Below, in pieces: positions 1 through 16,014 of a DNA stretch of 64,000 nt (position 1 is the stretch's first letter; each line of letters begins with the position of its first letter). Origin of the DNA: the human T2T-CHM13v2.0 reference genome, Homo sapiens; NCBI RefSeq assembly GCF_009914755.1, contig NC_060946.1; one strand, given 5' to 3'. The position numbers and the translations under genes were made by a program. The notes under the pieces are model-generated. The model did no database searches and had not been told where the DNA came from. It worked only from the letters and a program-made list of their open reading frames with translations.

Positions 1-250
1 TGAGGTCAGGAGTTCGAGACCAGCCTGGCCAACATGGTGAAACCCAATCTCTAGTAAAAATACAAATATTAGCCAGGTATGGTGGTGGGTGCCTGTAGTC
101 CCAGCTACTCAGAAGGCTGAGGCAGGAGAATCACTTGAACCTGGGAGGCGGAGGTTGCAGTGAGCCAAGATTGCACCACGCACTCCAGCCTGGGGGACAA
201 GAGCAAGACTCCGTCTCAAAAAAAAAAAAAAAAAAAGAAAGAAAGAAAGA
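1..250 (+). repeat. Alu (AluS-like), cut by window start
   Basis: Alu body 'tgaggtcaggagttcgagaccagcctggccaacatgg' followed by A/GAAA tail. Confidence 0.95.
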
Positions 251-551
251 GATAGAAACCATTTGCAGGCATTAAAGAAGAAAAGATACAAAGATATCAC
301 AGCAAAGTCTGCAGATTTGGGCCGACGCCTGTTAGGGCAGTCATGGATGGAGTTTAGTCTTGGGGCCTTCCAGCAACACTGAGGAGTGGCCTCAGTCAGA
401 TGCCTTTGGTTCCCCAGGACCTTATTCCCATCCCATAAGACAGTTTGACCACCGTGAAGGAAAACAGCCACAGAGCCAACATTCTTTTCACCCAAAAGAG
501 ACATTTCGTCATGTACTCACTTGTCTGACGTATCCAGGACAAGCCTTCAGA

Positions 552-1283
552 TGAGATGGGATAGTTCCCTTGATCCCCTTCATGGGCAGAAACTGGAGTG
601 GCTCATTTCACTCAGCCCGGCGTTGGCCACTCCTCACAGGAGACAGCATGCAAGCGAGAGTGTGCAGGAACCAGAATGAACAAATGCTGGAACCGCCAAT
701 CACTCCTCTCTGCTAGGAGCAGGTTCTGTGCGGGCCGAGTAGCGTCGTCCAAGCATGTTACAACCAATGCTGTTTCAGCTCTTATGTCTGGAAACAGCCA
801 AGTGCCAACCGGCTTGGTGGAGGGTCAGGGTGGCAGCCCCTGCCCTCTCAGCACCTGGGTTCTTGTCCAATGTCCAGGAAGAATCAGGTCACATGAACCA
901 TTTGAAAGGGGATGCATGTGGAGGAATTTATTGGGTGGTGGGTGGCTCTCAGCAGAAACGGAGGCTGGAAACGGAAGGGGATGATGGGAAGGGGATCTTT
1001 CCCTGAAGCCCAGCCATCTCCAGCCAGGCCCCTCTCCACAAAGCTGCACCATCTGAAGTTAGCTGCGTCTGTCCACAGTCTCTGATGCTCAGTTGCTTCT
1101 CTGATTGCCGCTCAGCTGCTTCTGTTGCTCTGCCGGCTGAAGTCTTTTTGGGGCACAAGATAGGGGCGGGGCAGGCCAAAAAGGCAACATTTGGGTGGAA
1201 AAACGGGGTAAGCTGTTTCACTTAGGGCCACAGTTCCAGGATTCAGCGGGGGGTTTAGCTGGGAGCCCAGCCCTTCTGTATCA
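552..1283 (-). mobile_element. ERV1 solo LTR, LTR27/LTR28/MER52 group
   Basis: TG...CA ends; minus strand starts 'tgatacagaagggctgggctcccagctaaac'; similar to the LTR1 at 13267; subfamily from memory; no clean TSD. Confidence 0.7.
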
Positions 1284-1745
1284 AGGAGACTGAAGCCCAA
1301 ACACAACCCAACAGCATTGTTGAAAGTCATGCTGAAAGTTGGGGAGGATGTTTCTGCTCACTTCAAGAGAAAGACGAGTCAAAGCATGGGAGTGGAAATG
1401 ACAAACTCTAGTGCTTTGGTACACTACACTCCTCCTCACTTCTGGGCCGTCATCAGTGTTCTTCCCTAGTTAGAAGGCCACCTTCTTTTTCACCACTCAA
1501 TTAAATCTATCCACCAAGGTCAACAGAAGATCCACCCCTAAAGATATAATTCCACCATTAATCCATCAACACAGCCCTCTTCTCTGGAGCTCACATCACT
1601 ACCACACAAGTCAACATATTTAAACACATAACGTAATTGTTTATTGAGTGTTTCACATAAATAATCATACTCCCTACATCCAAAACTTCTGAAGAACCAG
1701 AACCATGGTACTCCCTATGCAAAGCACTGTCTGATGCATTAAGTA

Positions 1746-1986
1746 GATTCATGCATCACTAAACGGCCAGGACACATTCTGAGAAATGTGTCATTAGGCA
1801 ATTTCTTTGATGTGCCACCATCATAGAGTATGCTTACATAAACCTAGAGGGTGTAGCCTATTCCTCCTAGGCTGCAAACCTGTACATGTTATTATACTGA
1901 ATATTACAGGCAATTCTAACACAATAGTATTTGTGTAGCTAAACCTAAAAAAGGTACAGTAAAAATATGATATAAAAGATAAAATG
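1746..1986 (+). mobile_element. Tigger3/MER7-like DNA transposon fragment
   Basis: 'cattctgagaaatgtgtcattaggc...cctaggctgcaaacctgtaca...aaaggtacagtaaaaata' resembles the Tigger3 consensus. Confidence 0.7.
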
Positions 1987-1988
1987 TG

Positions 1989-2298
<310 letters not shown>

Positions 2299-2326
2299 TT
2301 ACACGTAGACTCATGGACCAGAATAA

Positions 2327-2565
<239 letters not shown>

Positions 2566-2824
2566 AAACCGAAATTTAATATATATTCAAGCGGGCTCAA
2601 CAAGTCAATGAGGGAGAGGCTAACTCTTTGATGATGCTGGAAAAACCAGCTTACTTTTGGAGTAACAAAATTTCATGTCTCCCTAACACTTAAACAAAGG
2701 TGGCCTTCAGATGAATTAACGACTTAGTGTGACAAGGAAAACTACAAAAGAAAGGAATGTTAGAGAATATTTTTGAGACAGCGAGGGAAGTAATCATATC
2801 AGTTTATCACGTTACATATAAGGC

Positions 2825-4603
2825 CTTTTTTTCCTGAGACAAGCTCTCACTCTGTCACCCAGGCTGGAGTACAGTGGTGTAATCACAGCTCACTGCAGCC
2901 TCAAACTCCCCGGCTAGCAATCCTCCCACCTCAGCCTCCCAAGTACCTGATGTGTCTGGAATTGGTGGGTTCTTGGTCTCACTGACTTCAAGAATGAAGC
3001 CGTGGACCCTCGCAGCGAGTGTTACAGTTCTTAAAAGTGGCGTGTCCGCAGGTTGTTCCTTCTGATGTTCAGATGTGTTTGGAGTTTCTTCCTTCTGGTG
3101 GGTTCGTGGTCTCGCTGGCTCAGGAGTGAAGCTGCAGACCTTGGCGGTGAGCGTTACAGCTCTTAAGGTGGCACGTCTGCAGTTGTTGTTCCTCCGGCTG
3201 GGTTCGTGGTCTCGCTGGCTGCAGACCTTCGCGGTGAGTGTCATAGCTCATAAAGGCAGTGTGGACCCAAAGAGTGAGCAGTAACGAGATTTATTGCAAA
3301 GAGCTAAAGAGCAAAGCTCCCACAGCGTGGAAGGGGACTGCAGCAGGTTGCCACTGCTGGCTGGGGCAGCCTGCTTTTATTCACTTATCTGGCCCCACCC
3401 ACTTCCTGCTGATTAGTCCATTTTACAGAGAGCCGATTGGTCTGTTTTACAGAGCGCTGATTGGTCCGTTTTGACAGGTTGCTGACTGGTGCGTTTACAA
3501 CCCCTGAGCTAGACACAAAAAGTTCTCCACATCCCCACTAGACTAGCTAGATACAGAGTGTCCATTGGTGTATTTACAAACCCCGAGCTAGACACAGAGT
3601 GCTGATTGGTGCATTTACAAACCTTGAGCTAGATACAGAGTGCCAATTGGTGCATTCACAATCCCTTAGCTAGACATAAAGGTTCTCCAAGTCCCCACCA
3701 AATTAACTCGATACAGAGTGCCGATTGGTGCATTCACAAACCCTGAGCTAGACACAGGGTGCTGATTGGGGTATTCGCAATCCCTTAGCTAGACATGAAG
3801 ATTCCCCAAGTCCCCACCAGGCTCAGGAGCCCAGCTGGCTTCACCCAGTGGATCCCGCGCCGGGGCTGCAGGTGGAGCTGCCTGCCAGTCCTGCGCCGTG
3901 GGACCGCACTCCTCAGCCCTTGGGCGGTCCATGGGACTGGGCGCGGTGGAGCAGGGGGCGGTGCTCGTCCGGGAGGCTTGGGCAGAGCAGGAGCCCACGG
4001 CGGCGGGGAGCGGGGGAGGCTCAGGCATGGCGGGCTGCAGGTCCCGAGCCCTGCCCCGCGGGGAGGCAGCTAAGGCCGAGCGAGAAATCGAGCACAGCCG
4101 CTGCTGGCCCAGGTGCTAAGCCCCTCACTGCCCAGGGCCCGGGGGGCCTGCCGGCGGGCCGCTGGGAGTGCGGGGCCCGCCCAGCCCACGCCCACCCGGA
4201 AGCCGCACTGGCCCGCAAGCACGCGCGCAGCCCCGGTTCCCGCCCGCGCTTCTCCCTCCACACCTCCCCGCAAGCTGAGGGAGCCGGCTTCGGCCTTGGC
4301 CAGCCCAGAAAGGGGCTCCCACAGTGCAGAGGCGGGCTGAAGGGCTCCTCAAGCGGGGCCAGAGTGGGCGCCAAGGCCGAGGAGGCGCCCAGAGCGACCA
4401 AGGGGTGGGAGGGCTGCCAGCACACTGTCACCTCTCACTGAAACCGCAGGTGCTCACAACCAGGCCCGGCTATTTTAAACTTTTTTTTTTTGTAGAGATG
4501 GCATCTTGCTATGTTGCCCAGGCTAGTCTCAAACTCCTGGCGTGCAGCAAATCTCAGCCTCCCAAAGTGCTGGAATTACTGGCAGGAGCCACCATGCTCA
4601 GTC
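2825..4603 (-). repeat. AluJ split by the LTR12C insertion
   Basis: Antisense Alu stops at 'ctcccaagtacctga' (2950) and resumes at 'ctgaaaccgcaggtg...cccggctatttt' (4438). Confidence 0.85.
2951..4437 (-). mobile_element. LTR12C (ERV9) solo LTR
   Basis: Minus strand runs 'tgagaggtgacagtgtgctggcagcc'...'gagaccaagaacccaccaattccagacaca'; tandem ~41-bp CCAAT-containing repeats at ~3405-3800; exact 4-bp TSD CTGA (2947-2950, 4438-4441). Confidence 0.95.
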
Positions 4604-4658
4604 AGTAAGAACTTTTTAACAAAGAACACTATAAACAAAGTTGTCAGATGACAGATTA

Positions 4659-5027
<369 letters not shown>

Positions 5028-5946
5028 TCAAACAAGCGTAACTTCTAACAAGCACATAACTCAGAGGTATCAGGGAAATGCGATTTGAAGCCACAATGCA
5101 CCTGGCAAAAATGAGAAAGGTCTGTAACACCAAGCATTGAGGATGCGGATGTTTAGGGACCCTCGTGCAGTTCTGGAGAAGGTCTAGACTGCAGCTGTCT
5201 GTTCTAGGGGGCAATCTGGGAGGATTTAATAAAATTAAATATATTGTACTCCATTACCTAGCAATGATGTTCCCCAGAATCTACCTAAAACATCCTCACA
5301 GGAGTTCATAAGAGAATATGTGTGAGACATTCATCAAATGTTGATTGTGTCCATTACTGTAAAGTGGGTAGATGACATGAGGCGGAAACATTTTGGAGTG
5401 TTATGCAGCGGTTACAAACAATAGGCTAGATGCACCCTATGGATTGTGAAAATGTACTGAGTAGAAGAGCGAGAAACAAGATGAGATCTGGAGCACAATA
5501 CGTGGGTATTCTCTATAATGTCGTTATCTTTTTTATTTGTTTGTATTCTTTCCCATCTATTTGTTGTGTTTTTATTGTGCTACTTTACCTAGAAAATTTT
5601 TAAAACTTTCTATGTTTTTCTTTTTCATTTCTTCTATAACCATAACTGGAAAAGTTGCCTCTGAGACTTCATGTCTGACAATAAGTGAACTTCCTGAACT
5701 ACCTCCCAATTAAACACCTAGGAATGCCGGGCGAAATAGAGAAACATTTTTTAATAGTCACAGAGGAGCTCATCAGAAAGGAAGAAAATCTCCAAAGGCT
5801 GAAAACAAAGAAATAACTGAAATCAAGAGAGCTAGGCTGACAGTGATGCTAAGGGTGCACTGGTGGCATTTACCAAGCTTGGTTTCCAAAGTCTTAGATT
5901 TGAGTGGCCAAGTGAGAAAGGAGAAGGGCCAAACATTCATGAGTGA

Positions 5947-6587
<641 letters not shown>

Positions 6588-6819
6588 AGAACTTGAATTT
6601 TTGAAAGGTCTCAGTGGGCTAGGAGAAAATCTGGCCACTAGCAAAGAGAAATAACAATAGAAAAAAAAAGTGCCTTAACCTGGGCTCCAGGAGATGGAAA
6701 AAAGTCTTCTCTGAGAATTCATAATGGTGAGCCTGCTGTCCTATATATTTGGGTTTTTTAAAATTTAACTTTATGGTAAACCCCATGTGAACAAGTAAAC
6801 ATAAAATCATCTAAAATTT

Positions 6820-7125
<306 letters not shown>

Positions 7126-7190
7126 CTAAAATTTGTTATACTCTGGCCTGGCAGGGATAATGGCAAATTCTGTCTGCGGGGATGCAAGCT

Positions 7191-7571
7191 TGCTGTAATT
7201 GGAATGCTTACATCCCTTCCAAAATTTACATTGAAACTTAATCTTCAATGCATCAGGAGTAGGAGGCAGGGCCTTTAGGAGGTATTTAGGCCGTGAGGGC
7301 TCTATCCTCATGGATGGTACTACTGTCTTATAAAAATGCTGGATGGAACTAGCAAGGCCCTTTTTTCCCTCCTGTCCCTTCCACCATGTGAGGAAACTGT
7401 CTTCAAGGCACCATCATGGAAGCAGAGATTGGGCCCTCACCAGACACTGAATCTACTGACATTTTAATCTTGGACCTTCCAGCCTCCAGAACTGTGAGAA
7501 ATAATTTCTATTGTTTATAAGTTACTTATTCTAAGGTATTTTGTTATAGTAGCAGGAACAGATGAAGACAG
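7191..7571 (+). mobile_element. MaLR LTR (MST-like)
   Basis: 'ttggaccttccagcctccagaactgtgagaaataatttctattgtttataag...gaagaca' is a typical MaLR 3' end. Confidence 0.8.
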
Positions 7572-7599
7572 CCCTCAACCAAAATCTTGCATGATTCCC

Positions 7600-8310
7600 A
7601 TAAATAAATTGCTGCTCAAGTTAAGCCCTCAACCCAAAATTAGAAGACATGGAAGAATGAAACTACCATGAGGAAGAATCAGTACAATCAGTTACCCTCA
7701 AATGTCAGAAAATTGAAGTGTTAGATACTAAACACAAGAAATAAAAGTGGAACTGAAAATATTAACAAAATTTTGTCAGACAAGATCAGTCAGACTTGAA
7801 AACTCAAACCTCTAAAAGTGGAAAATAGATTTATTGAAATGTCAAATTCAGTAACTGATTAAATAGCAGATTACACACAGCTGAAGGAAAAAAATTAGCA
7901 ACCTGGAAGATATAACTGAACAAACTCCCCAGAACACACACAAAAAGTGTAAGTGTAAAAGAGAAACAAAGTGACATGGAAGACTAAATGAGTATCAAAA
8001 TACATGTCAGTGGAGTTCCAGAAGAAAAGGAAAGAGAAGCAATATTTGAAGAGAAAGTGGCTGAAAATGTTCATAATTTTTGAAAGAGCAAAAATCATCA
8101 GAAATCACAGAGCAGCTTGATAGTACATTTTAAAATAACTACAAGCTTGTATTTGGATTGTTTGTAACACAAAGGATATATGTCTGAAGGGATGAATACC
8201 CCTTTCTCCATGATGTGTTCATCTCACACTGCATGCCTGTATCAAAACATCTCTTGTACCCCATAAATATATATACCTATTATGTACCCACAAAAATTAA
8301 AAATAGAAAA
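7600..8310 (+). mobile_element. Old L1 fragments (ORF1-like remnant and L1MA-type 3' end)
   Basis: 'aaatagcagattacacacagctgaag' (ORF1-like); 'tatgtacccacaaaaattaaaaat' (L1 3' end). Confidence 0.6.
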
Positions 8311-8359
8311 CTTTTTTAATTTTTGAAAAGAAATCACAGTGAATCTGAAGCATAAATAA

Positions 8360-9040
8360 TTTTATTTATTTATTAACTTTTATTTTAAATTTAGGGGTAC
8401 ATGTGCGGGTTTGTTATACAGGTAAACTCATGTCACATGGGTTTGTGGTACAGATTATTAACACCCAGACATTAAGCCTAGTACCCATTAGTTATTTTTC
8501 CCAATCCTCTCTCTCCTCCCACTGTCCACCCTCAAGTAGGCCCCAGTGCCTGTTGTTTCTTCTATGCGTCCATGTGTTCTCATCATTTATCTCCCACTTA
8601 TTAGTGAGAACATGGGTATTTGGTTTTCTGTTACTGTATTAGTTTGCTGAGGATAATGGCCTCCAGCTCCATCCCTGTTCCTGCAAAGGACATGATCTCA
8701 TTCTTTTTTATGGCTGCATAGTATTCCATGATGTATATATGTTGCATTTTCTTTATTCAGTCTACCATTGATGGGCATTTAGGTTGATTCCAAGTCTTTG
8801 CTATTGTGAATACTGCTGCAGTGAACATACAAATGCATGTGTCTTTATGGCAGAATGATTCATATTCCTTTGGGTATATACCCAGTAATGGGATTGTTGG
8901 GTCAAATGGTAGTTTGGGTTTTAGGTCTTTGAGAAAGTTGCCACACTGCTTTCCACAATGGTTGAACTAATTTACACTCTCACCAACAGTGTATAACCAT
9001 TCCTTTTTCTCCACAGCCTTACAAGCATCTGTTATTTTTT
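8360..9040 (-). mobile_element. L1P 3' end fragment
   Basis: Antisense L1 3'UTR and ORF2 end ('ggctgcatagtattccatg', 'cccagtaatgggattgttgggtcaaatgg'). Confidence 0.9.
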
Positions 9041-9359
9041 TACATACTCTGATGGGTGAAGCCACAGGGGCAGAGCAGGCAACTTCCATGGGAGGAATTT
9101 GCTGCCGTGCTTCCGACAAGGTCAAAGTGTAGAACACTTTCTATTGCTAAGTAATGTGCAGGAGACATCTCTAACCCTAGCTCATCTTTTAATCTGCCCC
9201 TGAGACATGCCTATTTTTAAATACAAATTCCTTTCCAGTTTTAACAGAGAGGAGCGCTCTGTTTCCATGTTCCCGGGTTTGGTCTTCAGCTGTCAGGCAG
9301 CCCTTTGTTAGGTATCTAGGTGGTGCTTCCTCACGGGTTAAGAAATAGCTCCCTGGCAG

Positions 9360-9680
<321 letters not shown>

Positions 9681-10152
9681 AAAGTACTGAGCATTTGTAG
9701 CCTCTAGTCAGTTCTTTAAAATTTTCAGCAAAATTTAATAAAATACATATATGAACTTAATTTGTTGAAATCTTTTATATCATGTGCTATACTTATCTCT
9801 CTGAAATTTTTAAATATATTACCCCTCAAGAAATTAATATTTGCCATGTATTATGTGTTTTAAGCCTGACTGCCCCAAACGTACCCTCCAAATTTGCTGA
9901 AAATTCATCCATTATCCAGTAACAGGCAAACAGACACTTGGTTTTATTTGTTCAGAAGTTGAAGTGTTTTTCTATGTAGCTCAGTAACACTCGTTTGTGT
10001 TTAAGCATATGGCTGTCTTCTCTGCTCCCACACTTAAAATGGGCATCTGAATTTAAACTAGGGAATAACTAAATTAATAGCTTATGGTTTGTAGATATTT
10101 TATTGGCAAGAAGAAAAAACTCACCAAATTGTCATTGACTGTTGGTTCAATT

Positions 10153-10296
10153 CACTGTTTTTTTCTTACAGTCTTACTTGTTTCCCTGTTGCATCCCTAT
10201 TATGGAGATGAGTTAAAGAGAACAATTGTTTGCACACGTGCAGGCATTTAGGAGTTACCTGATGCCACCCACTATGGTAGTCTCCCTGCTTGCTGT
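10153..10296 (+). pseudogene. SGLT-like exon 12, 5' part (start approximate)
   Basis: CIPIMEMS*REQLFAHVQAFRSYLMPPTMVVSLLAV vs SGLT1 [36 protein letters not shown]; TAA at 10214-10216; 5' end degraded. Confidence 0.85.
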
Positions 10297-10442
10297 TACA
10301 AACCAAACTAAAATGTTAAGCCCTCCAACTGACTGATGGACCCCCCAGCCAGCCAAGGGCATTCCAAAGTAAAGCTGAAAAACCAGTTCAGGCTATTATG
10401 GAAAGTGGTGGGGGTCGGGGAAAGGTGGGACATACCTCATTA

Positions 10443-10863
<421 letters not shown>

Positions 10864-11498
10864 CTAGTATAGCATCACATGATGGATAGCAGGCCCTGAG
10901 ACAAACCAAAGTATTTTATCCCCAAAATATATTTATTTGACATATTTTGAAATGACCCTGCAAAGCTGTCTCTCATGGGGGAAATCTGAATTCTGTAGAG
11001 AATTCCCTGTTCTTCACAGGTCTTTCCCTTGATCCAGGAGAAAATTATCTAAGAGCCTGGCATGTTTTTTGGTCTGATAAGAGCTCTGAAGCCTGCTACC
11101 TGGAGGCTTCACCTGCGTGATAAAACCTTGGTCTCCACAACCCTTTATCTGAACCCAGACATTCTTTTCTATTGATTCCAGGTCTTTAGATAATAACTCT
11201 TTTAACCAATTGCCAATCAGGAAATCTTTGAATCTGCCTATGACCTGGAAGCCCCTCCACCTTTCCTGCTTTGAGTTGTCCCACCTTTCTGGACTAAACC
11301 AATGTACATCTTACACATATTAATTAATGTCTTATGTCTCCCTAAAATGTGTAAGACCAAGCTGTGGCTTGACCACCTTGGGCACATGTTCTCAAGATAT
11401 CCTGGGGCAGTGTCACAGGCCATTGGTCACCCATACTTGGCTCAGAATAAATATCTTCAAATATTTTACAGAGTCTGACTCTTTTTATCAACAATAAT

Positions 11499-11516
11499 TG
11501 GCACCCAACATCGGGC
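11499..11516 (+). other. Primer-binding site, tRNA-Lys(CTT)-like
   Basis: TGGCACCCAACATCGGGC vs TGGCGCCCAACGTGGGGC (15/18; two differences are CpG transitions), just after the LTR 'CA'. Confidence 0.7.
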
Positions 11517-11935
11517 CTCAGAGCCCCCAAAAGAGTTGCCCAAATCTGAAGCTAAGGGACCAGCAGGAACCCACTGAAATATTGACTTAATGAAATTGCA
11601 AAAAGGTTTTAATTTTTAAATTCCATAATCTCTTTCTTTTTGAAATTTTTCAAGTTGGTATCTCAAAAGTTCAACTTCTGCTGTACCCCTGCTGCTTCAG
11701 CTCTTTCTTTCTTTGAGAAGGCCTGGGATGGTAACTTTTGTCAGCTCCTGTGTGTGTGCTCCTATAACTTTTTTTATTAATAGTCTAAAGTAAGGGAGAG
11801 GATTTTTGAAAACAGGCAAATCTTACAGGATCTGCCACTGTCTGTGTGTCTGTTATGTCTACATGTTTATATGTGCCATGTGGAAGTGATGTTTTACTAC
11901 CAAACTATATAAAAGAGCTCTAATCAGTTGGCTTA

Positions 11936-12257
<322 letters not shown>

Positions 12258-12556
12258 TTGGCTTAAAGAAAAGTAAGTGCTTGTCGACTAACAGACGGTA
12301 GCTCAGATGCCTTTTACTTCACATGATTTTAGTAATCTTTGGTAAGATTAACTTGGCAAATTGAAGCTCAAAATTGTCTCCAGTTCTTAAGAAATTTAAA
12401 GTCATGTTATGTTAAATTAAGTAATCCTGGATTTTCCACTGGGAATTTGGATTACTAAAAATTAGAATAGTTGGAGAATAAGATATGTTTTTGGTGAGGA
12501 TGTAAAAACATGAGGATATGGTTTTGCTAAAGAAAATGTATTTTTTTCTAGTTTAG

Positions 12557-12907
<351 letters not shown>

Positions 12908-13266
12908 TAAAGAGAAAAATAAAAGAAAGGGTGGAGAATGGATGTGGTCACCCATCTTAAGGAGCTGCAGCTGTGCTGCATTCAGTTACTAAAAGTTAGC
13001 AGTAGAATTTAAAGATGGATCATGCTCCCAGGAAGTTGGTTCACTGGATGCATAAGGAAATACAAGCTATAACCACAAAATAAGTGATAGAATTTTTAAA
13101 AATAAAGAAAATGCAAATTAATAAGGAAGAAGGAAAATATTTAATCCCTTGGTTATTGTTATCTGTAATAGCTGAGATGAAAACAAAAGAGAGTGCTGGG
13201 TTGGGCCTTAAGACTGGCCCAAGCTCAGATGTGGGTCTCTCTCAGCTCAGGCCACTAGCCTCAAAG

Positions 13267-14142
13267 TGAAACGGGAAAGGTTCCCTTGTCCCCCTCTCAG
13301 GGCATGCAATGGGGGCGTGGCTCATTTCTTCAGTGCCCCACTGCTCAAACCTCTAGGGGAGCATACAGACGGGCAGCCTGTGGGGCTCCCACCCCACAGC
13401 AGTGTCTAGGGGTGAATGTTTACAGCTGAAGCCCCAGTGGGCGTGTGTTACAGGGTGCTCTGTTACAAGTTTGCGGCCTATAGGCGGCTTGTGTAAACCC
13501 TCTCAATTAGGCCCTCTACCTTGTCACAAGGACAGAGGGCTTTCTGTATCCTGGGTTCTTGCCTTAGTATACCGGAAGAATCAGATCACACGTGGGCTTG
13601 GATAATGGGTGCAAGGTTTTACCGAGTGGAGGTAGCTCTCCACTGATGGAGGATCCAGAAGGGAGATGGTTTTCCCCTGTAGTTGGGCCACTCAGCAGCC
13701 CCGGCTCTCCTCCGACTGCTCCAGCCAAACTCCGCATTGTTCTGCTTGTCATGGCCTGCCAGCAAGCTGGCATCTGCCAGCGTGCTCTTCCACCAGCGTG
13801 CTCTTCCACCAGCATGCTCTTCCACCAGCGTGCTCCCTCGACGTCCTCTTGCCATCCAGCTGCTTGTGTCTTCTTCCGGTGATGTGCTCCTCTCAATGTC
13901 TGGCTGCCTGTGTGTTTGCCTGCTAGGGTCTTGGGTTTTTATAGGCCCACGATGGGGACATGGCAGGCCAGGGTGGTCTTGGGAAATGCAACATTTGGGT
14001 GCAAAGGCAGGAGTGCCTGTCCTCACCTAGGTCCATGTGTGTTGAGCCCCAGCCAGGGACCACACCCTCCTCTACCCAGCACTTCCCTTTCCCTTTTCAT
14101 TTAAAGGGACCACGCTCTTCCCTTCCCAGCACTCCCATATCA
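13267..14142 (-). mobile_element. LTR1-family solo LTR nested in MER4 internal region
   Basis: TG...CA ends; minus strand 'tgatatgggagtgctgggaagggaagagcgtggtccctttaaatg'; exact TSD AAAG (13263-13266, 14143-14146); internal 16-bp repeats at ~13775-13835. Confidence 0.85.
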
Positions 14143-14742
14143 AAAGCTACCCACAAATGGAAACATTAAGCCAGGGTGACAAAAGGTACCTCTGAGGTAT
14201 GTAATTACCAAGAAGGTAGTCAATGTAGGGGAAGGGCAAAACCAAGTAACTATTAAAATAAGAGGGTATAATATAAAGAAATTGTACCATTTGGTAGATT
14301 GATATCATCAGCTTCCTGAGAAACCTTTGCTAAAATGGACTGTAAGAATAACTACTTTAAGGACAGTATCTTTAATTTTAAATGCTACAGAATGAAAGAG
14401 CATCTCTGGGTTGATGCAGGACCCATAGCTCACTATTAAACAATTGCGGCTGAGTTTATGTGATCCAAATGCCCAGGAGGTTATTCCTGAGCAAATGGCC
14501 AGCCTAGTGAACTGGATAAATGCCCATGTAAGATCTGTTTACCCTGAGAAGGGCATTTCCTAACTCTCCCTATAAAATGCCAAGTGGAGCACCCCAGATG
14601 AAATAGCTGATATGCTTTCTATACAAGCCATCTAGGACTGGCTTTATCATGACCAGGATATTCACCCACTGAATATGGCTATTACCCAAGTTATGGTAAA
14701 TGCTGTAGTTAAGGGGGTCCCTTCCACATGGACACCCCAGGT

Positions 14743-16014
<1,272 letters not shown>

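Noticed and set aside
109-504. Alu-derived ORFs (e.g. [21 protein letters not shown]) here and throughout the window
   Set aside because: Standard Alu translations, not genes.
548-1287. TSD for the LTR at 552-1283
   Set aside because: Flanks CAGA and AGGA match at only 2 of 4 positions, so no TSD is claimed.
3405-3800. Regularly spaced ~41-bp repeats resembling a CRISPR array
   Set aside because: No unique spacers, eukaryotic context, and they are the known LTR12 enhancer repeats.
3789-4441. Overlapping ORFs up to 197 aa
   Set aside because: All lie in the GC-rich part of LTR12C.
10160-10171. 'ttttttcttacag' as the original exon-12 acceptor
   Set aside because: It would make the exon ~19 nt shorter than the recalled 169-nt SGLT1 exon 12, and the T-run reads as hydrophobic codons. 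The true 5' boundary is unresolved.
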